Of a DNA stretch of 64,000 nucleotides, positions 38,791-50,800 are shown piece after piece. This stretch comes from Clostridia bacterium (lineage in GTDB: Bacteria; Bacillota; Clostridia; Christensenellales; UBA1242). The translations under genes were made by a program, and so were the position numbers. The stretch covers positions 6,624-70,623 of the forward strand of contig JAFUSR010000004.1 of the NCBI GenBank assembly GCA_017467585.1. The letters run 5' to 3'. Within the stretch, counting starts at the first letter, position 1; each line of letters begins with the position of its first letter. The notes beneath the pieces were generated by a model that was given only the letters and a program-made list of their open reading frames with translations, had not been told where the DNA came from and did no database searches.

Positions 38791-40197
38791 ATGAATATTG
38801 TTGTTCCAGAGGAAATAATTGAGCTATCAGAAATTTTTGAAAAACACGGCGAAAAATTGTATATTGTCGGCGGGTTTGTTCGTGATGCAATTATGGAAAT
38901 CTACAGTGCGGAAAAAAACGATATTGACTTAGCTTCGTCTTGCAAACCACAAAAAGTGGTTCAAATTTTAAAGAATACAAGGTTTCAAACTGATGATTCT
39001 AACGCCAAATATGGTGCCGTTGTTATTTATGGAGATAAAAGATATGAACACACCACATTTAGAAGAGAAAATTATAATTTAAACGGTGAACACAACCCAA
39101 CAGGTGTTGAGTTTGTAAAAGACATCAGAGAAGATGCTTTAAGACGTGATTTTACCATCAACGCAATATATTATGACATTGAAAGAAAAGAAATTGTTGA
39201 CCCAGTTTTTGGTGTTCAAGACATAAAAAACAAAAAAATTGTTTGTCCTGCTGGTGCAGAAGCGTCGTTTAGCGAAGATGCAGAAAGAATTTTAAGAATG
39301 ATTAGATTTATGAATTCTTTTGGTTTTTTGGCAGACGAAAGAACTCTTGAAGCGGCATTAAAACACAGCGCAGGAGTTTCTAATTTAACAAACACAAGAA
39401 TTAGAAATGAATTCGATAAAATGCTTGTTTGTGACACGTTTTATCCATATAACAAAGAAAGCAAATATGCTCATGCAAAATGTTTAATCATGCTTGGACA
39501 ATTTGGTTTGTGGAAGTATATTTTGCCAGCAATTGACGAAATTCAAGAATCAACAATTTTAGACAACAAACAAGAACCACTTTATATTCATTTGATTAAT
39601 GCAGTGAGTGTTTGCGAACCAGAGGCAAGGCTTGCTTGTTTGATGCACGACGTTGGAAAGGTTTACACAAAAACACATTCAAACAATTTTAATTTTAGCA
39701 AAGAATGGGCAGATATTATCATTGAACAAAATTTAGGAAGCCAGGGTCTTGGCTATCCAAAAAGTGTTGTTGAAAAAACAAAAAGAATTGTTGCTGCAAA
39801 TGATTTTGACAAACATGGTTGGACAAGTAAAAAAGAAATTAGAAAGTTTATAAAAAATAACTTGGAAGATTTTGAAGACATATGTGCTCTTAAAGATGCA
39901 ATTTCATTGGAAAACACAGACTACACAAAAACTTCAACAATAGCAAACAGGTGGAGAAGAGTTTATCACAAAATGATAAAAAATAACACACCAACTACAT
40001 TAAAAGAATTGAATATTGATGGCAACGACATTATTGAGGCTGTGCCAGAAATTAAAATTGAAAAAGTGGGTGCCATGTTAAACAACTTGTTAGAATATTG
40101 CTTAAACCATCCGAAAGCTAACACCAAAGAATTGTTGAAATTAAGAGCAATAAAAGTTGCAAATAAAAACAGAGAAGAATATTTAGAAAAAGAGTAA
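38791..40197 (+). CDS. cca: CCA tRNA nucleotidyltransferase / poly(A) polymerase family
   Basis: VGGFVRD, DID, EHTTFR, DALRRDFTINA, EDAERILR, HDVGK, LNIDGNDI. Confidence 0.85.
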   Translation: MNIVVPEEIIELSEIFEKHGEKLYIVGGFVRDAIMEIYSAEKNDIDLASSCKPQKVVQILKNTRFQTDDSNAKYGAVVIYGDKRYEHTTFRRENYNLNGEHNPTGVEFVKDIREDALRRDFTINAIYYDIERKEIVDPVFGVQDIKNKKIVCPAGAEASFSEDAERILRMIRFMNSFGFLADERTLEAALKHSAGVSNLTNTRIRNEFDKMLVCDTFYPYNKESKYAHAKCLIMLGQFGLWKYILPAIDEIQESTILDNKQEPLYIHLINAVSVCEPEARLACLMHDVGKVYTKTHSNNFNFSKEWADIIIEQNLGSQGLGYPKSVVEKTKRIVAANDFDKHGWTSKKEIRKFIKNNLEDFEDICALKDAISLENTDYTKTSTIANRWRRVYHKMIKNNTPTTLKELNIDGNDIIEAVPEIKIEKVGAMLNNLLEYCLNHPKANTKELLKLRAIKVANKNREEYLEKE

Positions 40198-40320
40198 ATT
40201 GTATAGAAACGCTTTAAAATCAACAAAACATACAAATTAAATAATTTTTAATAAATTGGTAAAATAAAATATTATCGACAAAATTTGATAAAAACAAACA
40301 ATATAACAAATACTATAATC

Positions 40321-41502
40321 GTGAAAAGATTAACGGTGGTATTTGTTATTTTTTTATCAATGTTTTTGGGGTTTGTGACAAACGAAACATCTAATTTTTC
40401 AATGGCGGAAAACTTGACTGCGGAATATAATGGACAAAAACTTGAACTAGATATATCTAAAATTGATGTGGACAGTTTTGTTAGAAAGCAATATTTAAAT
40501 AAAAATCTTGATGAAAGGTTGATGGTTGCAAACAAACTCTTGGCGATGGGTTTTTCGGTTGATGAAGTACTAGATTATGTTTTTCCAAATTTCCGCAAAA
40601 GTTTAGATGATTTTGCAGAAAAGGTGGATGTGGAGCCCACAAATGCCATGCCAATCAGTGCAAAAAACTGCAAAATTGAATTTAAAAAGGAGAAAAATGG
40701 CTTAAAAATTGATAAAAATTTAACAAAACTGCGATTTTTGACTGGGCAGCAAATTTTGATTGAGTCTAAAATTGTCTCACCAAAAGTGACTCTGGGCGAT
40801 ATTAAAAACAAATTTTTGAAATGTGGCGAATTTTCAACTAAGTTTTCAACTTCGACAGAGGGGCGTGTTAACAATATTAGGTTAGCAGTTGATGCGATAG
40901 ATGGAAAAATTGTTAAAAAGGGTGAAACGTTTAGCTTTAATGAAGCAACTGGGGCTAGAAGTGAACAAAAAGGTTACAAGTCTGCAAAGATTATTGTGAA
41001 CGGCAGATATGTTGAAGGGTTTGGTGGTGGTGTTTGTCAAGTTAGTTCAACGCTTTATAATGCGGCGATTATGTCGGGTCTTAAAATAACTGAGGTTCAT
41101 CCGCATAGTTTGCCATCTTTTTATGTTGAACCGTGTTTTGATGCAATGGTTAATTCTGGAAGTGCAGATCTAAAAATTTATAACCAAACAGATGCTGACT
41201 ATTTGATTACGGCTTGCGCTGATAAAGGAGTGTGTAGGGTTGTCATCTACGGCGTTCCGCCAGAATGTACCATTGTTCGCAGGTTCGAAAAATTTGAAGA
41301 AAACAAGCCGGAAGATGATATTGTTGTCGATGGTGAAGAATATGGTTTGGCGCCTGGTGAGGAAAAAAGAATCTCGTGGGGAGCGGATGGGTTTAAGTCG
41401 AAGGGTTACATTGATTATTACCGCGACGGAGTTCTGATTAAGAGCGAGCAGATTCGAAATGATGTCTACAAGCCTAAACGAGGAGTGGTGGCCAAAGGAT
41501 AA
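40321..41502 (+). CDS. VanW family protein with C-terminal G5-like domain
   Basis: RVNNIRLA, FSFNEATG, GGGVCQVSSTLYNA, HS..YV...DA; GTG start followed by signal-like segment. Confidence 0.88.
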   Translation: MKRLTVVFVIFLSMFLGFVTNETSNFSMAENLTAEYNGQKLELDISKIDVDSFVRKQYLNKNLDERLMVANKLLAMGFSVDEVLDYVFPNFRKSLDDFAEKVDVEPTNAMPISAKNCKIEFKKEKNGLKIDKNLTKLRFLTGQQILIESKIVSPKVTLGDIKNKFLKCGEFSTKFSTSTEGRVNNIRLAVDAIDGKIVKKGETFSFNEATGARSEQKGYKSAKIIVNGRYVEGFGGGVCQVSSTLYNAAIMSGLKITEVHPHSLPSFYVEPCFDAMVNSGSADLKIYNQTDADYLITACADKGVCRVVIYGVPPECTIVRRFEKFEENKPEDDIVVDGEEYGLAPGEEKRISWGADGFKSKGYIDYYRDGVLIKSEQIRNDVYKPKRGVVAKG

Positions 41503-41511
41503 ACAAATTTT

Positions 41512-41547
41512 AAAGAAACAGACGGTTGTTGACTGTCTGTTTTTTCT
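41512..41547 (+). terminator. Intrinsic terminator after VanW gene
   Basis: AAACAGACGGT...ACTGTCTGTTTTTT. Confidence 0.75.
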
Positions 41548-41582
41548 TGTTAAATCTAGTCGAAACAATGATGTGTAAACGC

Positions 41583-41611
41583 TTGACATTTTTTAGCTAT
41601 TTTGTTAAAAT
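41583..41611 (+). promoter_or_regulatory. sigma-A promoter of giant surface protein gene
   Basis: TTGACA-17-TAAAAT with extended TG. Confidence 0.7.
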
Positions 41612-41842
41612 ATGTATACAAGTTAACCAAAAACTACAAAATAGCAAATAAAAATTTAACAAAAAATGAGTCGAAAAAGCTGTTTTAGTGGTGAATTTTA
41701 GTGGTTGACTTGTGACAAATGCGGTTTTTTATAAAAAAAGCTTTCTCTATGCGAAAAATTCGATAAAAAACTACATTTTTAGTGGTGTAAATAATAAATA
41801 TTTATTATTAAAGCACCCAAACTATAAAAAATAGGTGGAATT

Positions 41843-44800
41843 ATGGACAGAGACACAACAACACAAACTACTTACAGAGATTATTCATCTGATACTAACA
41901 AGAAGGGGATGAGCCGAAGAACGAGATTGCTTCTGATAATTTTCAGCAGTATCTTTTTCTTGGCTGCTGTCATTGTTCCAATTGTTATCTTTACTCGTGG
42001 AACAGATAAGTCTGTAACCGAAGAAAGAAACGTTGGTGACTTTTTGATGCGCTATGTTCTCGAACGAGATCAGAACAATAATGTCGTGGATGAATACTAC
42101 GAGATTATTCGTTATACTGGCTCTAGCAAGAACGTTGTTATTCCTGCGACCGTCGGCAATGTTAAAGTTGTGTCTGTGCTCGACGGAGCATTTAGCTCTT
42201 CAAGTCGTGAATTTAACAAGTCTATCGAAAGCATTACTGTGGCAAAAGACGACAGAAATGACTCATATAACCTTGTTTCGATTGGAAACAGTGCGTTTAA
42301 TGGTTGTGAGGCCCTCTCTACTTTTACGATTCCAGATAGCGTAGAAACTGTCGGCGCTTATGCGTTTACTGGTTCTGGAATTCAAAACCTTGTTATTAAC
42401 GATGCTTCTGTCCTTAAATTTGACAAAAACTCTCTTGTTGATGCAAACAGTTTGACAACTGTTACTATTGTTGGTGCTTCATCTCAAATTAACAGAGACT
42501 TAAACCTTAACAGTGACACCATTGAAAATGTCGATGTTAAAGCTGCGTCTGTTAACTTTGGTGGAGCTGCTCTTACAGGTCTTACAAATTTCCACACCCT
42601 TAGCGTATATAACATCAGCAGTGATAACTTCACTATTGATGCTTCTAACTTTGAAGATTCTAACATCACAACACTTAACATTTATTTTGCGGAAGAACAT
42701 TTAACCAAGAGATTTATGGAAAAGTTCCAAGCCGTTGGTTCTTACATTGAAGAGATTAACTTGGCTGGTGGAATCACTTATCTTGATGCTGGCTCTCTTA
42801 GCTATTTTACAAGACTTAAAAAGGTTGCGTTTACTGATAACGCAACTGTTGATATTTCTGTTCTTGGTGCGCAAACTTATAACTCTCAAATTTTCCAATA
42901 TTATCATTCAACAGACACTGCGTTTGGTGGCTACGATGATGTTGACGGAACAGATTATGTTATGAGATTGATGAACTTAGATAACAGAAACGTTTTGTCT
43001 TCAAGATTTTTGAACTTGTTTAAAACAAGTCAAGTAAAACGCGTTGATCTTCCTGAAAATATCACAGAGGTCGATGATAACGCATTTGTTAGATACATCA
43101 ACTTGACAAACCTAAACTTTGGAAGAAACAGCAAGATTATCAGAATTGGTACCGACGCCTTTGGTAGTACAGATATCGACAGCCAAACAGTTAACATTTC
43201 AGGACTTGTTGTAACAGGACCTGTTTCTGTTGGAAACCTAGATGATGAATCTAGAGTATACACAGAATTTAACACCTCAAGTGGTAGATATGCTGCCCGC
43301 TATTCTTACAATGGTGAAACAACCAAGGGTTCATATAAAGTTACGGTTAACTTAAAAGTTATTCTTGAGCCTGTTAGACCAAATGTTTCTTTCCCAACTG
43401 TTGAGGATATCGGAACAGAAAACAACCAAAGAAATGGTGAATCTTTTGACGTTGCCTACAACGCTTCAATTTTGAATGCTCTTAAACAAAAAGGTTTTAC
43501 ACAAGAAGCATTATTTAAAAACACCGATGCAAGAAATATCAACTGGCATTTGGATGGCTGGTATCTTGATGAGGACTATCAAACAGAACTAACTGATGAT
43601 GTTTTGATGACAGAAGAGTATAGCGGTGGGGTTGTTGTTTACGCAAAATGGAGTGTGCTAAACAATCGTGAATTCAACGTGCTTTATTATTATCAAACAG
43701 TTGACAAGTCTGGCTATGAACAACGTGGTTCAGTAACTGTTGACTCGTTTGCTCCAAACGATTATGTTGATTTGATGACGGTTGATGCCGTTTCTAAAGT
43801 TGAGCCAGGATATACCATAAAGACTGCTGCTGCATCATCTAGCGACACACAATATTCTGTGCTTACTGGATATAACACAATCAAAAATAATAACACACAC
43901 CACTTTGTTATTTACTTCAACAGAAATGAATATTCCATCACATTTAACGACAATGTTCAAGAATATTCAATCAACCCAGCATCATTTGTTGATGGAACAG
44001 ACTTGGAAAAGTATAACAAAATTGTGTTTAAGTCAGACATAACCCTTCCAGTGATGGAAAGAGCTGGTTATGAATTTAAAGGTTGGACAACAACACAAAA
44101 TGGTCAGGTTGTTTACACTGATACACTTTCTTATTCTTACACATCAAATATAACTCTCTATGCTGTTTGGGAGGCTCAAACAGTTGAGGTTCGTGTAGAA
44201 ATTCAAAGAGAAATTGCTCAAACAGAACAAGGCTATGAATTTAGTTCTGGTGGTGGAACTCTTGTGTTTGAAGACCTTTTCTATGCTGATCAATTGATGT
44301 CTGATGTCTATAACCAAATAGACTCTTTAAGACCAGACGCTGTTAAGGGCTATAAATATTACAAGGCAGAAGTTGAAGAGAACGCTAGAGTGTCTGGAGA
44401 CAAGGCAAACAACATTATTGTTGTTAAGTATATTAAGAAATTATATAGTATTAAAGTTAATTTGAATGATCATGGAAGTGCATCTCACGAGACTGCAAAC
44501 CCATATTCTCCTATGACTAAAACATATAAATACCTCGACAGTATTGGTGTTTGGGCAGAGGCTGAAAGACATGGATATAAGTTTAATTCTTGGTTCTATG
44601 ATTCTGCATGCACAAAACAAGTTGGTGTAGACGACCAAATTGGAACAAACGCAAACCTTCCAGAAAATCTTTCTGAATTTACCATTTACGCTGGATGGGA
44701 AAGAGAGAATTTTGTTGTTGCATTCAGCTCTAACTTTGGAACACCAACAGTAACAGACAGAACATATGGCTATGACGACGAAGGAACACTTCCTCCTTCA

Positions 44801-47800
44801 TTTACACGCAGTGGCTATTCGTTTGTTGGTTGGTCACTGTCTGAGACCGGCGAAGTTGAATATGTGTTCGACGGAACAAAAATTAGCTACGTAGATGTGA
44901 ATAGACTCTATGAAGATTATTTGTTGCATAAAGTTGATGACAAGTTAAACATGTATGCACAATGGAAGGCAAATAAATATAATTTCCGCTTCCATTCAAA
45001 CACAGAATCAGAATCAACAAGCAATGCTAGCATAGTTCTTAACGAAACACCACTCAACATGAATATTTTTGAAAGACCAGGATATAACCTTGTTGGTTAT
45101 AACAGCAGAGAAGATGGAACTGGTGTTTCTATTAAAACTAGTGAAGAACTTTATAACTATATTTTGACACATCTAGATGAATATGCAGAAGCTCAACTTC
45201 TTAGTCTTTACACAGAGTGGGAAGCTCGCGATGACACAAAATATAGAATAAACATAAAATTGCAAACACTCAATCCAGAGTCATATGAAGATGCTAATGC
45301 AATAATTATTCAAACGGGAACAACAGACACAGTTGTTGACTCGAGTGATGTTCTTGAATTGATATCTTCAAACTATGGCACTTATGTTAACGGATTTAGT
45401 TATGAAAGAATGGAGTCTAACAATCAATTTAAGATTGCTGGCGACGAGACTCTAGAAATCAATGTATATTATCAAAGAAGATCAATAAAAGTTAAAGTTT
45501 TGGTTCACGAAGATAGTGTTAACTGCGTTATTGTTGGGCTTGAAGGTGAACATGTAACATATGACGATGTTGAAGATCAATATTTAGTTGTGTTTGGCAG
45601 TGAATATACAATTACTGCAGTGCCTGTTGATGGATATGTATTTGATGCATGGAAAGTTGATTCAGTAACTGTTGGAACAACTGAAAATCTTCACTTTGTT
45701 GTTGATGGTGTTGATGACATAACTTATGTTGCCAATGTTATTTCAAAACGTTGGACAGTTTCTTATGACGGCAACGGGGCAACAGAAGGTGAGGTTGCAT
45801 CAACCTATCTTACCTATAATGTTATTGGAAATCTTGCTGAAAACGCATTTGTTAAACATGGCTACACATTTAAAGGTTGGTCAGAAGATGCCGATTCTGT
45901 GTTTGGTGTAGACGACGAGCATATTTATTCAAATGCACTTGCTGTTGAAACAGTAAATGAACTTTATGCAATTACTCATGGAGAAAGCTTGCAACTATAT
46001 GCAATTTGGCAAGCAAATTCATTTGTTATTACGCTCACTGAAAAGGAAGACGATGTTGATGCAGAAGCAACAATAGATGTTCTTTATGATGGTTCTGCTG
46101 TTCTTCCTGACAGTGAAGAAATTTCTGACTTTATTAAACATGGTTACACACTTGTTGCTTGGAAACTCTCAGAGGAAACAGAATTCGCTCCTGCTTATCA
46201 ATTAACCGTTGATGAAATAAATGCGCTCTATGACATTTATGAAGAGTCTGAAGAGCCAAAGGCAGTTAAACTATTTGCAAGATATGAAGCAAATTCATTT
46301 GCTTTGACTTATACTGCGGGAACAGGTGTTGGTGCAAACAAAACAGTTGTTGCTTATTATGACGACAATGAATTTGTTCTTGAAACAGCCGCAACAGCAA
46401 ACTTTGCTAAAACAGGTTACACATTTGACAAATGGACATATAACAACGGAACGACCGATGTTGAAGTTTCTGGTTCAGGAACAACTTTGGTAAATGGTCT
46501 TTATGACTATGTTACAGAAAATAATCTTAGTGGATTAACATTGGTTGCCAACTGGACCGCAAACCACTATATTGTTAAATTTGTTGGTGTAAAAGCAGTT
46601 CTTGATGATGGCTCACAAACATTGAGTGAGTTAACTCTTCTTGATGACGTTTTGTCAGACACAGAGGTTCAATATCATGCTGCAACAGGAACAGAAGACG
46701 CTTATTATTATATTGAATGTGTTTATGATCAAACATTGAAACTCGCTAAAAACTATTATAAACTTGGTGAAGAATATAATGGTGAAAGCGCATATAAGTT
46801 CTCGGCATGGAGAAATAGAACAACACTTTTAACATATGCTGCAGAAACTGAGGGACTTAAAAACCTAACAGCAGAGGCTGATGGCGTTGTTGAATTTGAA
46901 ACCGTTTGGCAACAAGGTTCAACAGAATATCGATTCAGAGCATGGCTTGAGCAACTTGACGGAAGCTATGTTGAGGTTGATATTAATGATGAAAACTATT
47001 TAAAATATTATACATCTTATATAAGTGGTTATTTCACAACTGATGAAACAATTAATAATATTAGTGTTGTAACTGATCAACTCGTTGTTCCAGGATTCAA
47101 CTATGCTGGAGAGTATTATACAAACCAAGAAAACAACGAGTTAAAAGTTACCGAAAGCACACTTTTGATAACTCTTAAATATCAAAGAGATGTTTATAGT
47201 GTTGTTATTGACGACCAAAATGGCTCAATCGAACTTGAAACAACAGATGGCCTTGGTGTTAGACTTATTGATGAAAATCAATATGAAATTAAATTTGGTG
47301 CCATTCTTAACGCAAGCGCTGAAGCAAAAACTGGATATCTTGTTCGTGGATATGTTGTTAATGGCGAAGTTATTCCATCTTCAGACACAGTATATACAAT
47401 CACAGATGAATATAACTATGGCGAAGCAACAATTTCGCTTGATGTAGACCCAATTGAATTTGTTGTTGAATATTTCGATGGCGACAATTCACTTCTGTCG
47501 GTTGACTATTCTTACGATTCTGGTGCAAATCTTTATATTGCTCCAAAAGTTGGTTACTCATTTAGTGGTTGGAAATACACAAAGGGTGGCAGCGACTTAG
47601 ACATTGTTTATAACGCATTAGAAAATGCCGCATTTGAAGTTGATCGCGACATTATTAATGAGTTGTTTGCTCGCGCAGGATATGACGAAGAAACAGAGAA
47701 ATATGTCTCAAAATTATATGCGGGATATGAAGCAATTGAATATAAGGTGTTCTTTGACCCAGCAGAGGGTTCGATAAGAGGTGAACATCAACAAACTCTT

Positions 47801-50800
47801 GTTACTGTTATGTATGGTGAAGAATATAACATTTCAACATATATTTCAGAATTCTATCGCAAAGGTTATCACATAATCAATTTCGTTGCAGTTAACTCAA
47901 ACGAAGGCGAAATTAAATTTGACAGCACGAATGGTGACAGCCTTGCAGAAAAAGCAAAAACATCTAATTATACATTTATTAACCTTACAAGCATTTCAGG
48001 GGCAACAGTAACTGTTTCTCCAGTTTGGGAAGCAGACACATTTGCAGTTGTTTACAAGGCTAACCAGGGCAGTGGCGCTGATGTTGAAGAGTTGTGGCAA
48101 TATGAAACAACCGAAGGAATTGAATTCTATGATGGACACACATTTGCTCACGAAGGATACACATTAATTGGTTGGAGCGTTTCTCCTGATGCAACACAAG
48201 CAACATATGTTATTGGAGAAGATGCAACAGAAGTTACTGTGGCAATTGTTGCAGATCTTTATGAGTTATATCTTGCGAGTGACAACGAACAAGCAGTTCT
48301 TTATGCTGTTTGGAGAGCAAATAAATATAAGGTTTATTATCTAGCTCAAGAACACGCTGGAGCATCAACAACTGTTGATGATGTTGTTGTTGACCCAGTT
48401 GGATTTGAAAAAGATGACAACGGTTATTATATTGAATATACATACGACCAAGAATATGTGTTTGCAGACAACTTCTACATCTTGGAAGGATATAATTTCG
48501 TTGGCTGGTTGTTTGATGAACAAACATATATTGCTGGCGATGTGCTTAGCAACTTAACAAGTGCTGCTGATGGTGTTGTTGAAATTTACACAATTTGGCA
48601 AGCTAAGACATTTGCTGTTGAATATAATTCAAACAAACCAGAGGCAAATAATGGTGAAGTTGAAGGACAAATAGAAAACGGACTTGCTACTTTTGACGCA
48701 TCATTTGTTGTGTCAAATGAACAATATTCATTGTTTGGTTACACATTTGGCGGATTTGCAGAAGAGGGTGAAACAACTGCTCTTGGAGAAGTTTCTGCCG
48801 CTGGCGTAAATCAATGGTTTAGAGATCTTTATAATGAAGAAACAGGAGATGCTGACAACAAAGTTCTTTATGCTATTTGGGCAGCAAACCAGGTTGAAGT
48901 TAGCTACAACGCAAACACAGGTTCATATGCATCAACCGTTACTCAAAGAACAATTACATATTCTTATGATCAACAAGATGCACGATATATCGCAAACCCA
49001 ACAAAACAAGGTTACACATTTGTTGGTTACAATGTAAGTGCAGAGGCTGTTGTTGCTGATTATATTGTTCCAGCAACAGGCGAATTTGTTCAAGAAGAGG
49101 TAAATCGCATTTATGCTTATGCTTCTGAACAAACAGAAAACCCAGCTCCATATGAGATTACTCTTTATGCAATTTGGCAAGCAAATTCATATACAATCAC
49201 ATTTGACGAAAACACTCCAGCATATGCAACTGTTAGTCAAACTGCAGAATCTGCTGAGGTTGTGTTTGATCAGTCATTAGAAGGATTGTATGTTGCCCGT
49301 GCAAACGGTTATACATTTGTTGGATATTATACCGATAGTGCAGCAGGAGACAGATTGTTTAATCAAACAGGTGAACTTGTTGCTTCTGTTGATGGCTATA
49401 CTGACGCTTCTGCAAATTGGATTCATGCAGACGACGCAACAGTTTATGCAAGATATGAAATAAACAATTATAATTTAACTGTTCACATTGATGAACATTT
49501 TGATGCTGCAACATTGGTTGTTAAAGTAGACAATCAGATTGTTAGCCCAGAATCTGTTGAAAACGGAAATTATATTTATACAATTGAATTCCACAAGACT
49601 GCAGAGATTTCACTTTCTACAATTGCGGGTTACACATTTGCAGCAAATGCCGTTGTAAACGATGGATTGCAAGCTCTTGAATTTGAAACAAACACAAACT
49701 CACAAATAACAAGCTTGACAACTCCACTAAGCTATGTTGTTGACGCAACAGAAAATGAAGTTCAAAACAATATTGAATTCAATTCTCTTGCAATTCTCTA
49801 TGAAATTACAATTAACACAAACGGAAATGTTGCAAACGCTGTCGTAAATGGTGGGGAAATTTCAGTTTCTCACGATGGAGACACATGGAAATTTAATGAT
49901 TACTATGGAAATGTTGCAAATATTTATATTACAACTGCCGATGGTTACTACATTAGTGCAGCAACTGGACTAGATGTTGCAAACGTAATTAAAGAAGATA
50001 ACACTTATAGCAAGATTACGGAAGACTTTACCATTAGCTATGTTGCCAGCCAAAACATTATTAATTTGACAATTGTTGCATATTATTATCAAATTAATAT
50101 AGATGCAGGTGCACAAAATGCGAAAATTGCAATAAAATATGAGGTAAATGGTGAACAAATTACCTCAGAATCTGCAAATTCAGCTGTTGTTTATGCAGAA
50201 TATAATGCAAAAACATTGAGATATAAGGTTGAAAATGAATATTATCTTGTTAAAGAAATCATCACAACCTATGCTGGTTACACTGCAAACAGCGTTGTTG
50301 ATCAACTTGATGAAACCCTTGTCTATGTTTCTGCAGATGGTGAAAAACTAAACACAACACTTATTAATTCATGGAGCAAGGTTTCTAACGAAGCAACAAA
50401 TGCAGTTGTTAGATATACTCCAAATGCCGACACAATTTACACTGTTAAATTCATGAAGAAAGTTCTTGGAGAAGACTCTTTTGTTGAGTCTGGTTTAACA
50501 ATGCAGTTCCATGGAGAAACTGACTCCGAGATCACTTATCAAATGATTATCAATGAATTGCAGGCTTCTGGTGCGTCATTCCCAACAATCACCGGATTTG
50601 ATCGCGACACTGATGATCAAACAAAATTTGCAGCCCTCAATGGAGTTGTCACAATCAATGGTGATGGTTCTAGTGAAGTGGAAATTAATTATGTGAGAGA
50701 ATTCTATGCTCTTAACATTGTGGTTTATTCTCAAGATGCGTTTGGCAACTACATTAAAGACAGCGTTTCTGGTGGAACGATTACAACTGCTGCACAAACA

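Noticed and set aside
40321-41502. Vancomycin resistance locus
   Set aside because: Lone VanW-domain gene without vanHAX/vanRS; such genes are common in spore-formers
41574-41588. cre/LacI-like operator TGTAAACGCTTGACA overlapping the -35 of the giant gene
   Set aside because: Right half is out of register with the 14-bp cre consensus; not supportable alone
41618-41713. Invertible promoter or c-di-GMP riboswitch
   Set aside because: Inverted repeats lie downstream of the promoter and are imperfect in a G-U-compatible way; no invertase nearby; GEMM motif pattern not found
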